Shown here piece after piece: positions 1-9,748 of a stretch of DNA of 64,000 nt. Source of the stretch: Nematocida ausubeli (Eukaryota); NCBI RefSeq assembly GCF_000738915.1, contig NW_026515638.1:580882-644881 (forward strand), read 5' to 3'. The notes beneath the pieces are model-generated. The model was not told the origin of the DNA, did not search any database, and saw only the letters and a program-made list of their open reading frames with translations. The first letter of the stretch is position 1. Every line of letters starts with the position of its first letter. The position numbers were made by a program, and so were the translations under genes.

Positions 1-50
1 GTAAGGAAAGACAACATTATAAATTTTAAATAATTTTATAGCCAAGTAAA

Positions 51-539
51 ATGGAAGTAGCAATTAAAACATGCCCAAAGCAGCTGGAAGCAACATACGT
101 AATGATAAAACCCGATGGTGTTAAGAGAAGATTAGTTGGCGAGATATTGGCCAGAATTGAGAGAAAGGGATATAACATCTCTTACATTCAGACCGACTTT
201 GCCACTGAAGAAATTCTTAAGGAGCACTACAATGAGCTTGTCTCTAAGCCATTCTTCCCTGGCATTATAAAATACATGACCAGCGGGCCAGTGATTAAGC
301 TGATAGTCACAGGGCACGAGGTCGTCAAGGGCATGAGAAAGATTCTCGGTGCAACCAACCCAAGAGAAGCAGACGTAGGCACCATTAGAGGTGATCTTGC
401 TAACTGCGTAGGAAAGAATCTTTGCCATGCATCTGACTCAGTTGAGAATGCAAAGAGAGAAATCGGCATATGGATAAACAAGGAGTTACTCCAAAATGAA
501 TTCCCAATGGATGACTATAACATGATATACGAGAAATAA
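51..539 (+). CDS. NDK1: Nucleoside diphosphate kinase
   Basis: YVMIKPDGVKRRLVGEI, MTSGPV and GTIRGD motifs; catalytic NxxHxSD (NLCHASD). Confidence 0.97.
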   Translation: MEVAIKTCPKQLEATYVMIKPDGVKRRLVGEILARIERKGYNISYIQTDFATEEILKEHYNELVSKPFFPGIIKYMTSGPVIKLIVTGHEVVKGMRKILGATNPREADVGTIRGDLANCVGKNLCHASDSVENAKREIGIWINKELLQNEFPMDDYNMIYEK

Positions 540-1721
540 TAAAGTACTCCGTATTAAAAGAGCCTTCTCTGTTTTGTATAATATTTAGCTATTTTGTTGG
601 CTGTTTGTCTGCTAAGAAGGCATAGCAGGACAAAGTAACATTGCTTTAAGCTATGCTTTCTGCATTTTATGAGCTTCCTACTGCACACCAACAAACATGT
701 CTTTCGTTTACCTCTATTATACATACTGTATCTACTTGGTATAGTGTGCTTTTAAGCTAAACAAATTCTATTTTCTTTTCTGTTCGTCTTCTGTGTTGAG
801 TGGTTCTTTGAGTTTTTACTTTCTTTCGATTTACCTGTGCTTTAGCTTTTTTTTTGAAGTATAAAGCTGTTCATTTTTTTTGGATGATAGTCTTCTGCTG
901 ATGCATTTTATTTGCAAAAACCAAAGAAAATCAAAAAAGCGAGAAAACTAAAAGGAGTGAGCAAAGAAAGCTTTACCCCAAAAGAATGTTAAATTTACAA
1001 GGAAAGACCCAGTTGGATCTTAGCAGGATCGATTCTTTTCTATCATACCAACATCAAACTCTTTCAAAAAACCATCATCTTGTACTTCTTATTGGCATGA
1101 TTAATAGAAGAGAAGACATATAAATTCAAGAACAGACCTATTAGACGAGTATATTCAGCCTATGCAAGAGATTATTATGCTTTTTTGAAAGAAAGTACTC
1201 TAATGGTAATGGAAGTCTTTATACATTACTAGAAAAATATTTTATTTACACAGTTCCAAAGAGCCTTCTAGAGGAATCAAGTCCATTTTTATTTCTAGTG
1301 CTACTAAGAGCTATATACCTGCTATTTTCTGCAGATAAATCTTCTTTATATACATTCTATTCTCTTGCATTGGCTTAAACTGTTTTGAGGTTTATTGTAT
1401 GCCCTTTCTTTTCCACTTTCTGTTTTTACGTTAATAGCCTTGCATATGCATAGACATACTGTGTATGTGCTTTTCCATGAGTGTATATTTTATGTGTGTG
1501 TTTTCTACCTCAACTTTTAATTTTTATATCATGTATATTGTTTCTTTAGAACTAGATAATATGTGCATGCAGAAGAAATATAATACGACTGCCATTTGAA
1601 AAGAACTTTTCTGCAGAAGAAAAGTGCATTGATTTGCACAACATGCACCCCTAAATTATCAAATCTACAGCAATAGTACAGTAAAGCCAGTGATTCATAA
1701 TAAAATAATATTCGATTTTTT

Positions 1722-2204
1722 ATGGGCAATAATAATACAGAGGAGAAAGACTCTCTCCTGAATAAAATGAAGAAGGCAAAGCCTTTCTTTGAAACGGTAT
1801 CCACTGAGAAAAAGACGCTGCAACCACAGCAGATTGAGCTGCAGGAGCACAAAGAGACTGCGCCGCCTGCTCCAAAGCCGCCTGCACCCAGCCAAGCTCT
1901 TCTTTTCTCTGCGCCCGGAACTCTCTACAAAAAACAGGAGAGTGGATGGGCAGAAATATCTCCAGGAAAGATACAGGCTAAGGCGCTTGCTAACAGCCGG
2001 GCACAGCTGTGTTTTGTATTGGATAATACTAGAATAGTGCTAAATGTTTTGATCTTAGACCTGGCCCATATAAAAGTGGCCAACTCTGCAGTGATATTCA
2101 CGGGACTGGAGGAAAACAGCCAGACATACACAGGATGCGTCAAGATGAAACCACAGGACGCAGAGGGAGTAGAAAGGATACTTAAGCAGGAGAAAGAAAA
2201 ATAG
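1722..2204 (+). CDS. Small protein with a C-terminal Ran-binding (RanBD/PH-like) domain, Yrb2/Nup2-like
   Basis: Low-complexity Pro-rich N-terminus, then LLFSAPGTLYKKQESGWAEISPGKI, resembling the RanBD pattern (LY...W.E.G.G.l) and the later 'ivLN' strand. Confidence 0.5.
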   Translation: MGNNNTEEKDSLLNKMKKAKPFFETVSTEKKTLQPQQIELQEHKETAPPAPKPPAPSQALLFSAPGTLYKKQESGWAEISPGKIQAKALANSRAQLCFVLDNTRIVLNVLILDLAHIKVANSAVIFTGLEENSQTYTGCVKMKPQDAEGVERILKQEKEK

Positions 2205-2234
2205 TGCCTCAAGAAGCAGCATGCCAAAAAGAAA

Positions 2235-2307
2235 TGTCGCCACCCGGGATCGAACCGGGGACCTCATCCGTGTAAAGGATGCGTGATAACCACTACACTA
2301 TGGCGAC
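2235..2307 (-). tRNA. tRNA-Val(TAC)
   Basis: Reverse complement GTCGCCATAGTGTAGTGGTTATCACGCATCCTT-TAC-ACGGATGAGGTCCCCGGTTCGATCCCGGGTGGCGACA folds as a cloverleaf and is followed by a T-run. Confidence 0.97.
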
Positions 2308-2422
2308 TCACTTTAAAATAAAGAAGCAGGCCAATTAGAACCATCTTTTGTGTATCCATAGTAAACAGTAGATCTGTTTCCATGGCTGCCCTTACTTAGC
2401 ATTCGTGGAAATAAATAACAAA

Positions 2423-3484
2423 ATGGACGATTCAAAGACATTCTCTACGAGCGGTGAGATGGATAACTCTGTGCCGCTGCGTATTACTATCTCTATTCTA
2501 AGCGCTACTTTTTCCACTGCGTATCCCACGCTTCTCTCTTGCATTATGTCTGATCCTGAGGAGGTCTTTATTTCTTTGCTTGCTGGATGCTTTGCGTTTA
2601 TTGCGATTCCTGGAGTAAATTCAAAGAAAAAGCTAATAATATCCTGCGCGCTGTCCTTCCCTCTTTTTTTTATTCCAGAGGGATATGTGCGGGCCTTTTT
2701 AATTGGAATTGTTCTATCGTATGGTCAGACCGCGGCAGAGATGCACACTGCACACCTGTCATTGTGTGCGTTTCGAGAGAGCGCTCTTTCGCAGCTGGGA
2801 ATTCTTCTTACAATGCAGACATGCCTTTTCTTCTTTTTCCTTTCGTTTATACCAAACTTTGAATGGCTGTGCTCCACATTTGTTTTTGTGCTTTCTCTTA
2901 CTATAGTTGAAATTGCTGCTGTTGTATTTTTCGTGCCAGACCCACCAACTGAAATGATCACAAGCAACAACCTTAATGTGCTGTACAATGAGGTGTACTA
3001 CACTCTGACAAATCTTTTTGGCAACACACCCTTCCACAACTTTCACAGGGAGTACACCGAGATTGTGGATCGATACAACAAAAAGGTTGTTCCTCTTTAT
3101 CTGAGGATCAATGCTGTTGTGGAGAAGGTAAATGTATCGTTCATTTCTGCTGGTGTAGGTGGGCTGCTGTCCACAACAAACAACAATATATATCTGGTTA
3201 TTTTCAGCTGTCTGAGCATGTTCAAATGGGTGTTCAGCAACCAGCACAACAAGGAGTATATTATTCTGAGCATAGCAAGCATTGCGCTGGTGCTTCTGGC
3301 CATGCTAGCATACAATGTAAAACCAATATTTATTATTCTTATAGGAATGAGCCTTTATCTTGTTCCGTCAAGCGACGGATATCTGAAGCTTGACAAGTAC
3401 CTCATTGGAATATCCAATAGCATCCGGAACCTACTTGGGGTTGTTATTTTTGTCATCCTATGGAGGGAGCAGATAATAGACTAA
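2423..3484 (+). CDS. Multi-pass membrane protein, possibly a divergent MFS-fold transporter
   Basis: About 10 hydrophobic segments in two bundles separated by a hydrophilic loop (PDPP...). First ATG 2423; the track starts at GTG 2405. Confidence 0.6.
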   Translation: MDDSKTFSTSGEMDNSVPLRITISILSATFSTAYPTLLSCIMSDPEEVFISLLAGCFAFIAIPGVNSKKKLIISCALSFPLFFIPEGYVRAFLIGIVLSYGQTAAEMHTAHLSLCAFRESALSQLGILLTMQTCLFFFFLSFIPNFEWLCSTFVFVLSLTIVEIAAVVFFVPDPPTEMITSNNLNVLYNEVYYTLTNLFGNTPFHNFHREYTEIVDRYNKKVVPLYLRINAVVEKVNVSFISAGVGGLLSTTNNNIYLVIFSCLSMFKWVFSNQHNKEYIILSIASIALVLLAMLAYNVKPIFIILIGMSLYLVPSSDGYLKLDKYLIGISNSIRNLLGVVIFVILWREQIID

Positions 3485-3810
3485 ATCCAGTGTATCGCAT
3501 TATTTGGAGCTCTGGTTATATACTGTTGAGGTACTCCTTTGGTAAGAATACTAAAGTGAACTCTGGCCCTGCGGGCATACTGGCTCTGTATATAATGATT
3601 ATTTAGAACCAAGTGCATGTGGCGCCGTTTGTTCTACCAGAGGATACCACCCGGTACATAGCAGAGATTCATCCACTCAGCAGTCTAAAGAGAGTCTTTT
3701 GTGCTGATTGGCTGTGAAAACTATATTAAACACACTCAGAGTATACTGACACTTATAATAAATTTATTTACTTCTATAGTTTATATACACTTAAAGGGGT
3801 GTCTTTATTT

Positions 3811-4743
3811 CTATGCATCTGTTGTTTTGCCTGGATTGTTTTCTGGCTTAGCGCCATTTTCATCTTTTTTGTCCATCTGGTTTGGGTCTGGGTTTTGTGC
3901 ACCCTCAACGTTAGAGGCTTTATTCTCAGATTTATTTTCTTCAGGATTGCTATTAGCATTTTCAGCTGGCTTACCTTCTGCACCTGCTTCTGCTGGTTTG
4001 CCCTCTGCACTTGCTGTCCCTGCTTCTGCTGCTGGAGAGTTTGCATTTTCAGCTGGATTAACATTTGCATTTTCAGCTGGCTTTCCACCTGCACCTGCTT
4101 CTGCTGGTTTAGCATTCGCATTTTCTGCTTGCTTACCCTCTGCCCCTGCTGCTGGTGGATTTCCATTCGCATCCGCTGCTGCAGGCTTACCCTCTGTACC
4201 TGCTGCTGGTGGATTAGCATTTGCACCTGCAGGATTAGCATTTGCATTTTCAGCTGGCTTGCCCTCTGCACCTGCTGCGCCTTCTGCTGGTTTAGCATTC
4301 GCATCCGCTGCAGGTTTTCCATCTGCACCTGCTGCTGAAGGATTAGCATTTGCATTTTCAGCTGGAGGATTTCCATTTGCATCGGCTGCTGGTTTGCCAT
4401 CTGCTCCTGCTTCTGCTGGTTTAGCATTCGCATCCGCTGCAGGCTTACCCTCTGCACTTGCTTCTGCAGGTTTAGCATTTGCCCCTGCTTCTGCTGGTTT
4501 GCCACCTGCTTCTGCTGGTTTTCCATCTTCTTTTGGGGTTTTCCCTGTTAGATCACTTGCTACATCAAGAGCTGTGCCAGCAGGAGATTTTTTAACTGCA
4601 GTTCCTGCAGCTTTTGCTATTTTTTTACTAACAGATCCTCCTATTTCGCCTATTTTGTCTTTTAACGAATCAAATGAAAATCCACTTACACTATTTATGT
4701 ATATTATAGCATATGATACTACTATTGCAAATAATATATTCAT
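3811..4743 (-). CDS. Secreted Ala/Gly/Asn/Pro-rich tandem-repeat protein
   Basis: Signal-peptide-like N-terminus (MNILFAIVVSYAIIYINSVSG), then about 200 aa of alternating KPAEAGAEG / KPAENANAN-type units. Confidence 0.8.
   Translation of the reverse strand: MNILFAIVVSYAIIYINSVSGFSFDSLKDKIGEIGGSVSKKIAKAAGTAVKKSPAGTALDVASDLTGKTPKEDGKPAEAGGKPAEAGANAKPAEASAEGKPAADANAKPAEAGADGKPAADANGNPPAENANANPSAAGADGKPAADANAKPAEGAAGAEGKPAENANANPAGANANPPAAGTEGKPAAADANGNPPAAGAEGKQAENANAKPAEAGAGGKPAENANVNPAENANSPAAEAGTASAEGKPAEAGAEGKPAENANSNPEENKSENKASNVEGAQNPDPNQMDKKDENGAKPENNPGKTTDA
3955..4530. repeat. Degenerate coding tandem repeat (about 27/54-bp period) inside the secreted protein
   Basis: Recurrent ttttcagctggc, tgcttctgctggtttagcattcgcatccgctgc and ggattagcatttgca blocks. 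Confidence 0.85.
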
Positions 4744-5395
4744 ACTCTCAGCACTCTTTTTTGTATTTATAAGATGTCATATCAAATAAGTGCATGCTTT
4801 CCAATGAAAGTACAAAAACAAACCAATACAATTCTTACTTTCCAAAAGTGATTTTGTCCCCTCTTTTATACTTGCCAATAGGCTTTGCTAATTTTGACCA
4901 CTTAAAAGGCTATCTAATGCAGTGCATCCAAAATGCACTTGCAGTCATAGAATAAAAGTCTTCAAAAAAATGTTTAAAATAAAACAAAGACTCTTACTAT
5001 TCTGTAGGAGTACACAAATGTATTTTACAAAATAAATAAATACAGACAATATATTATTTAGAGACTAAGTTTCTGCATTCGAGATATTATTTATATTAAT
5101 TTAGATGGTATGAGTTGGGCTAGACTTGCAGCTCACACAAAGAGAATAAAAACAACTATTTTCCCTCTGGCTGTGCAGAGGCAGATTATAGTTATCTCTG
5201 ATGAAATGTAGCAGATATAACAAGAGAATTATTTATTGTGAGTTTGGTTTGATACTATGCCTGCATACAAAGATCGCAGTGAATTGCATAGCAATAAGTA
5301 TCTATTAATATAGGTGCTGTGTCTGAGGCTGCTGAAAAGCCTTGCACAGATTTGTTCTAGAGTATTTTCATGACATAGCAGGAACAGAAACTGCA

Positions 5396-6994
5396 TTATC
5401 CCTTGATGCCACCCAGGGGAATTAGTCTGCAAACTTTATTAGAGAGTCCGGTCTTTTTACAGTACTCAACCACTTTGTCTATACACTTATATGTTCTGCT
5501 AGACTCTTCTCCTATCTTGTTAATGTTCCTGACACGCATTGAGACATTCGCGTTAGCAAGCTCTTCTTTGATGCTTTCTTCTGTAACTGCCTGCTTGGCA
5601 TCCTTTCGGCGAACAAGTCTGCCAGAGCCGTGGCAGGTCACATAATCCACGTTTTCGCCCTTTTCCCCAGCTGACAAGACATAGCTGCCTGTGCTCATGG
5701 ATCCGCCAACAGACACAACATATGGACAGTGCACGCTTCCTTGCTGTGCGCACTCAGATGTAGATGCATCTTCTTTACCAGATGCAGCACCCATCTCTTT
5801 TCGCTCTTTGTCACCATATGGCACGATCTGCGTGCTTCCCTTTCGTATCCTTACGACTTTCTTGCCGTTTCTCTCTTCCAGCCGTACAATGTTGTGCGCA
5901 GAGTCGCTTATTACTTGCATGGTGAAGTCCTGGGGCAGGCCTATGCCAGGAACACAGGTTGGCTGCGCAGTGTTTGGGCCATCAGTAGATGGCTGATTAG
6001 CCTTGATTATCTCTCTGAATACATCTTCTACTTCTTTTCCTATCACTACTCTATTGCAGAAAGCAAAGTTACTGCACGCATTGACAGTTTCAAAGTATTT
6101 TTCTGCCAAGGGATCATTTATAGGGATCTCCACAGTTCCAGTTTGCATATAGACATCTTGTTGCTCTGCGCACTTATTTAGAAGTCTTGTCACAGCGGTG
6201 CTGCCTACTGATCTGCTGCCTGTATGCACAGACACACAAACAGTATCGAGATCAAGGCCAAGCCGTGCACACACTTCTTTATCAAACACGTCCCCAACAA
6301 CCTGCACTTCAATGTAATGGTTGCCATCTCCCAGGGTGCCCAGCTGCTTTCTTGCTGCTGCACGCGTCTTCTGGTCCAGCAGCTTCTTTACGTTTTGCAC
6401 AGGCAGACAGCCATTTGACTCTGTGCATAGAGCATCCATTTCAGTTGCTATTCCCAGCTCGATTAAATACGGCACGCCATTCTGTAGTATTTTATCCGTG
6501 TCAATCTCTTTGGATAGCGGGATAATTCTGTCTTTTATCCCAATGCACTCAAAAGCGCGCGTCATAAAAGCCTCACGAATCGAAAGAAATTCACTTCTTT
6601 TTATATTTGTGGCCCACAGTCTTACACCGCAGTTTATGTCAAACCCAATCATTTCTGGAATGATCTTGCAGTCTGGGTGGCTTGGGTCAAAGGAGCATGA
6701 AATGCCAACTGGAAACTGTTTTCCTGCATGGGCATCTGGGAGTGCAACAATCTTTGTCATATATGGGCGCGCAAGTAAAGAGGCTAGCTGGTCAAGAAGT
6801 GTGCTTCCGGCATCGCCGTCTGTTAAAACATGATAGTATTCCTCAGGAGAAAATATCTGGCACGTGGTTGTGCTTGTAGATGGGTTGGATATAGTTAGGC
6901 AGTCTTCAACTATTCTAATTTGCAGGTCCTTTAATAGACAATTTTCACGGTCCAGTGCAGCATACTCTTTTAGCTCTTTAAGTACATCTGACAT
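5396..6994 (-). CDS. RTCB: RtcB-family 3'-5' RNA (tRNA-splicing) ligase
   Basis: LPDAHAG, GFDINCGVRL, QLGTLGDGNHYIEVQ, VHTGSR, AHN, RKG, TCHGSGR (GMP-accepting His), C-terminal PLGGIKG. Confidence 0.95.
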   Translation of the reverse strand: MSDVLKELKEYAALDRENCLLKDLQIRIVEDCLTISNPSTSTTTCQIFSPEEYYHVLTDGDAGSTLLDQLASLLARPYMTKIVALPDAHAGKQFPVGISCSFDPSHPDCKIIPEMIGFDINCGVRLWATNIKRSEFLSIREAFMTRAFECIGIKDRIIPLSKEIDTDKILQNGVPYLIELGIATEMDALCTESNGCLPVQNVKKLLDQKTRAAARKQLGTLGDGNHYIEVQVVGDVFDKEVCARLGLDLDTVCVSVHTGSRSVGSTAVTRLLNKCAEQQDVYMQTGTVEIPINDPLAEKYFETVNACSNFAFCNRVVIGKEVEDVFREIIKANQPSTDGPNTAQPTCVPGIGLPQDFTMQVISDSAHNIVRLEERNGKKVVRIRKGSTQIVPYGDKERKEMGAASGKEDASTSECAQQGSVHCPYVVSVGGSMSTGSYVLSAGEKGENVDYVTCHGSGRLVRRKDAKQAVTEESIKEELANANVSMRVRNINKIGEESSRTYKCIDKVVEYCKKTGLSNKVCRLIPLGGIKG

Positions 6995-7978
6995 TTTTGC
7001 AAAGCTGTAAAATAAATTGTTTTATAAACGGCTTAGCAGAAACATGGCAGAATGCAAAATAGAACTTAACGCATCTGCAAGTCAATTACATTCAAACAAA
7101 AATGCTTATTTATTCAAGTGCGGACTGCCAATTTGCAATTTGTGGAAACATTCATGCTGTTCATTTATGCATAGATAATGAAACTAAAAAGAGTAAAGAA
7201 GACAGATTGTGTGCTCTTGACCGCACACAAATATCTTTACAGATAGACATACTTATGTGTACTAGGTAGATTTTTTAGTTTTAATTAAGAAGTGCAGTGC
7301 TAGTTCTGGGCAGTTAATATATACATCAATTAGACTTCTGTTATGCCGATATATAAGTTATAGCTCTAACTAATGCATATTTTTAATTATACTGTGCTTA
7401 GAATACAGCTTTAAATACCTAGTTGTTAGCGATACTCAGGCTAGAGTACATGCAAGCTACATTAAGTAGCAGCTAGATATTTATAAAGGTATACGCAAAA
7501 GGAGTCCTTTCTCTAAAGTATTTTCTATATACGCATGCAGCCAAGGGCACAGTGTGCAATCTTGCTGTACGACTTAGTTACATGAAGCACCAGCCTAATA
7601 AACACATGTTCTACATTCAAAATCACTAGCAGCAGCATTGACTAAAATTAAGAAATATTTATATAACCGACAAGAAGCACTGCAGTGTGAATGGGTAAAG
7701 ACAGTGCTAGTTCTTGTAAGCCTAAAATATACTATAAGACAAAGAACCAATAAAGCCAAAGCATATATGCATCTTAAGCAGGCTATACTGTAAATATTAT
7801 GGCCCTGGAGCCATGCAGAGCAAGGTATTATGAAAGTGTGCTTTTTGCGGAAATAAATAGAATATGTTCAGAGCAAATGAAAGCCAAATAATTTTATGGA
7901 AGTAAAAAAATAATTGCAGGTCAAAGAAGTCCACAGAAAGGTCATAATGCACAAATACACCTCTTTACATAATTTAAT

Positions 7979-8908
7979 CTAGCTGTTCTTCTCGTATATC
8001 TCAAAGTACTTTTCATATTCGCTTTCGCTCATTCTTTCTTTGTCCTCCTCTGTTATATCCTTGTATGGCTTTGGCACGCCCTCAACCTCAACCATTTCTA
8101 GCTCTGGCTCAGTGCCTGCGCTGACAGAGTCAATAGCCACCTCCTGCTCTTTCTTTCCAGGGGATTTCTCCTTTTCGCTTTCTATCTCGATCTCAGGGAC
8201 ACTGACCCCCTCTTCAATCTCATCCTCAGCAAACAGTTGCTTTCTTCCTGAGTACTCCACATCTCTCTCTTCCAGGTCAGCTGTGTCTTTTGGCGAAGTA
8301 GGGCTTTTGGCCTTGCCCTGATCAACGCCCAGGCTCTCAATCTCTTTCAGAAGAATGATAATGCAGTTCACCTCCTCCATTAGCTTTTTGAAAATATCAG
8401 AGGCTACGGTTTTTTCGTTTTCGCTGCTTTCTTTTTTCTCTTTCAATTCGCTTTGGCACTCGCTGCAGTTAAAGGTAAATGTGGTGCTGTTTAGGAGGGA
8501 CTGCACGTCCAAGAGGGAGTGCATCACATCGCACTGTTCGCAGTGGTACATGATCTTGGTTTCTCTGTCCCGCATTTTTGTCTCCAGCTGCTTCGTCATG
8601 ACAAACATCTTGTACTTCACAATGTTTATGATCTGCGCAAAGTTCAGAGAAAAGGTTGTCTTTGTTGTCTGCATGCCATCCGGCTTGATGTCGTTCGTGG
8701 TGGAAGAAGAGAGAATTCTGTCGTCCTTTAGCTTCACTGCAAGCCGGTTGAACTCTCTTGGGAGAAGCTTCATTTTATCAGCCAAATCATCCTCGGAAAG
8801 AACCATGTGGTGCAGCATTATGTCCATGATCACAACGTGGTGCGGCTCATAGAACATTCGCACAACCCGTTTAATCAGCTCTTCCATTGGAGTACTTGCT
8901 GCGGCCAT
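7979..8908 (-). CDS. TFA1: Transcription initiation factor TFIIE alpha subunit
   Basis: LIKRVVRMFY winged-helix start, INIVKYKM, zinc ribbon CEQC...FNCSECQSEL, acidic tail EDKERMSESEYEKY; start set at ATG 8908. Confidence 0.9.
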   Translation of the reverse strand: MAAASTPMEELIKRVVRMFYEPHHVVIMDIMLHHMVLSEDDLADKMKLLPREFNRLAVKLKDDRILSSSTTNDIKPDGMQTTKTTFSLNFAQIINIVKYKMFVMTKQLETKMRDRETKIMYHCEQCDVMHSLLDVQSLLNSTTFTFNCSECQSELKEKKESSENEKTVASDIFKKLMEEVNCIIILLKEIESLGVDQGKAKSPTSPKDTADLEERDVEYSGRKQLFAEDEIEEGVSVPEIEIESEKEKSPGKKEQEVAIDSVSAGTEPELEMVEVEGVPKPYKDITEEDKERMSESEYEKYFEIYEKNS

Positions 8909-9005
8909 GCAAAAGCAAAAAAGTTTGTATATAACCCAAGCACAGCAGAGAGGAAGCTGCCTCGCTGGAACAGGCCACGGAGCGCGTAGATGCATACATT
9001 GTGTC

Positions 9006-9077
9006 GGGGGACTAGCTCAGTGGTAGAGTGTCCGCTTTGCATGCGGAAGGTCGGGGGTTCGATCCCCTCGTTCTCCA
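9006..9077 (+). tRNA. tRNA-Ala(TGC)
   Basis: GGGGGAC/GTTCTCC-A acceptor stem with the G3:U70 Ala identity pair, anticodon arm TCCGC-TT-TGC-AT-GCGGA, T-loop TTCGATC, followed by TTTTT. Confidence 0.97.
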
Positions 9078-9112
9078 TTTTTAGTATTTTTTTGCACCTT
9101 ATCCCTGCAAAT

Positions 9113-9748
9113 ATGGAAGCAAAGGAGCACAAGGAAGAAATTCACGCACAAGACCCCATCCCAGAAACAGAGGAGGAGCAGATAAGAAGAAGGAGAGAGG
9201 AGTATACAAAACTCTCTGAGAAGGACGACATTATTTTCTCGGCCTCTGCGATTCTATACAGATTCCAAATAGAAACAAAGTCCTGGGTTGGCCGAGGAAA
9301 GGGGAAGCTGCGTGTTTCTCTTGAGCCAACCAGCAAGAAGTACAGAATCACCCAGATCCGGGAAAAGGTTTTCAAGCTCGGGTGCAACCACTATATAGAG
9401 AAGGAAACAGTCCTGACAAAGTACTCCCTGGCAGAGCACTCTTGGATGTGGACCACATTCGGAGATGACTGCGGGGATGGCCTGGACAAGACACAGAAGC
9501 TTCTGACTCGGTTCACCACTGCAGAGGATGCAGAGAAGTTCTTTGCTGCAGTAGAAAAGGGCCGGGCACAGGCAGAAAAGCCAAAGGAAGAGCGTGAAGG
9601 ACCAGCAGAGAAGAAGGCTGAGCACACGGAGGAAGCTAAGGAGGACAAGGAGGAGAGCCAGGACGGCGACAAGCCCTCTAAGCCAGAAACCAAGGCGCAG
9701 GATGATGCCCCGAAGGCGGAAGAGAAAGAAGATGCAAAAAAAGACTAG
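9113..9748 (+). CDS. YRB1: Ran-specific GTPase-activating / Ran-binding protein 1
   Basis: RanBD motifs LYRF...WVGRGKG, REKVFKLGCNH, SWMW, RF...EDAEKF; acidic tail. The track's upstream extension runs through the tRNA, so the start is ATG 9113. Confidence 0.9.
   Translation: MEAKEHKEEIHAQDPIPETEEEQIRRRREEYTKLSEKDDIIFSASAILYRFQIETKSWVGRGKGKLRVSLEPTSKKYRITQIREKVFKLGCNHYIEKETVLTKYSLAEHSWMWTTFGDDCGDGLDKTQKLLTRFTTAEDAEKFFAAVEKGRAQAEKPKEEREGPAEKKAEHTEEAKEDKEESQDGDKPSKPETKAQDDAPKAEEKEDAKKD

Noticed and set aside
700..1300. Purine-skewed spacer that might be a decayed gene
   Set aside because: The minus-strand frames I translated have frequent stops and no recognisable motif
3955..4530. Regularly spaced repeats suggesting a CRISPR array
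   Set aside because: In-frame coding repeats without unique spacers, in a eukaryote with no cas genes
3701..4789. 362-aa plus-strand Ala/Gly/Phe-rich ORF and 250-aa Gln/Met-rich ORF
   Set aside because: Shadow frames of the tandem repeat in the secreted protein
8990..9112. N-terminal extension of YRB1 in the ORF track
   Set aside because: It is a translation of tRNA-Ala; the same applies to the 19901 and 19959 starts over tRNA-His
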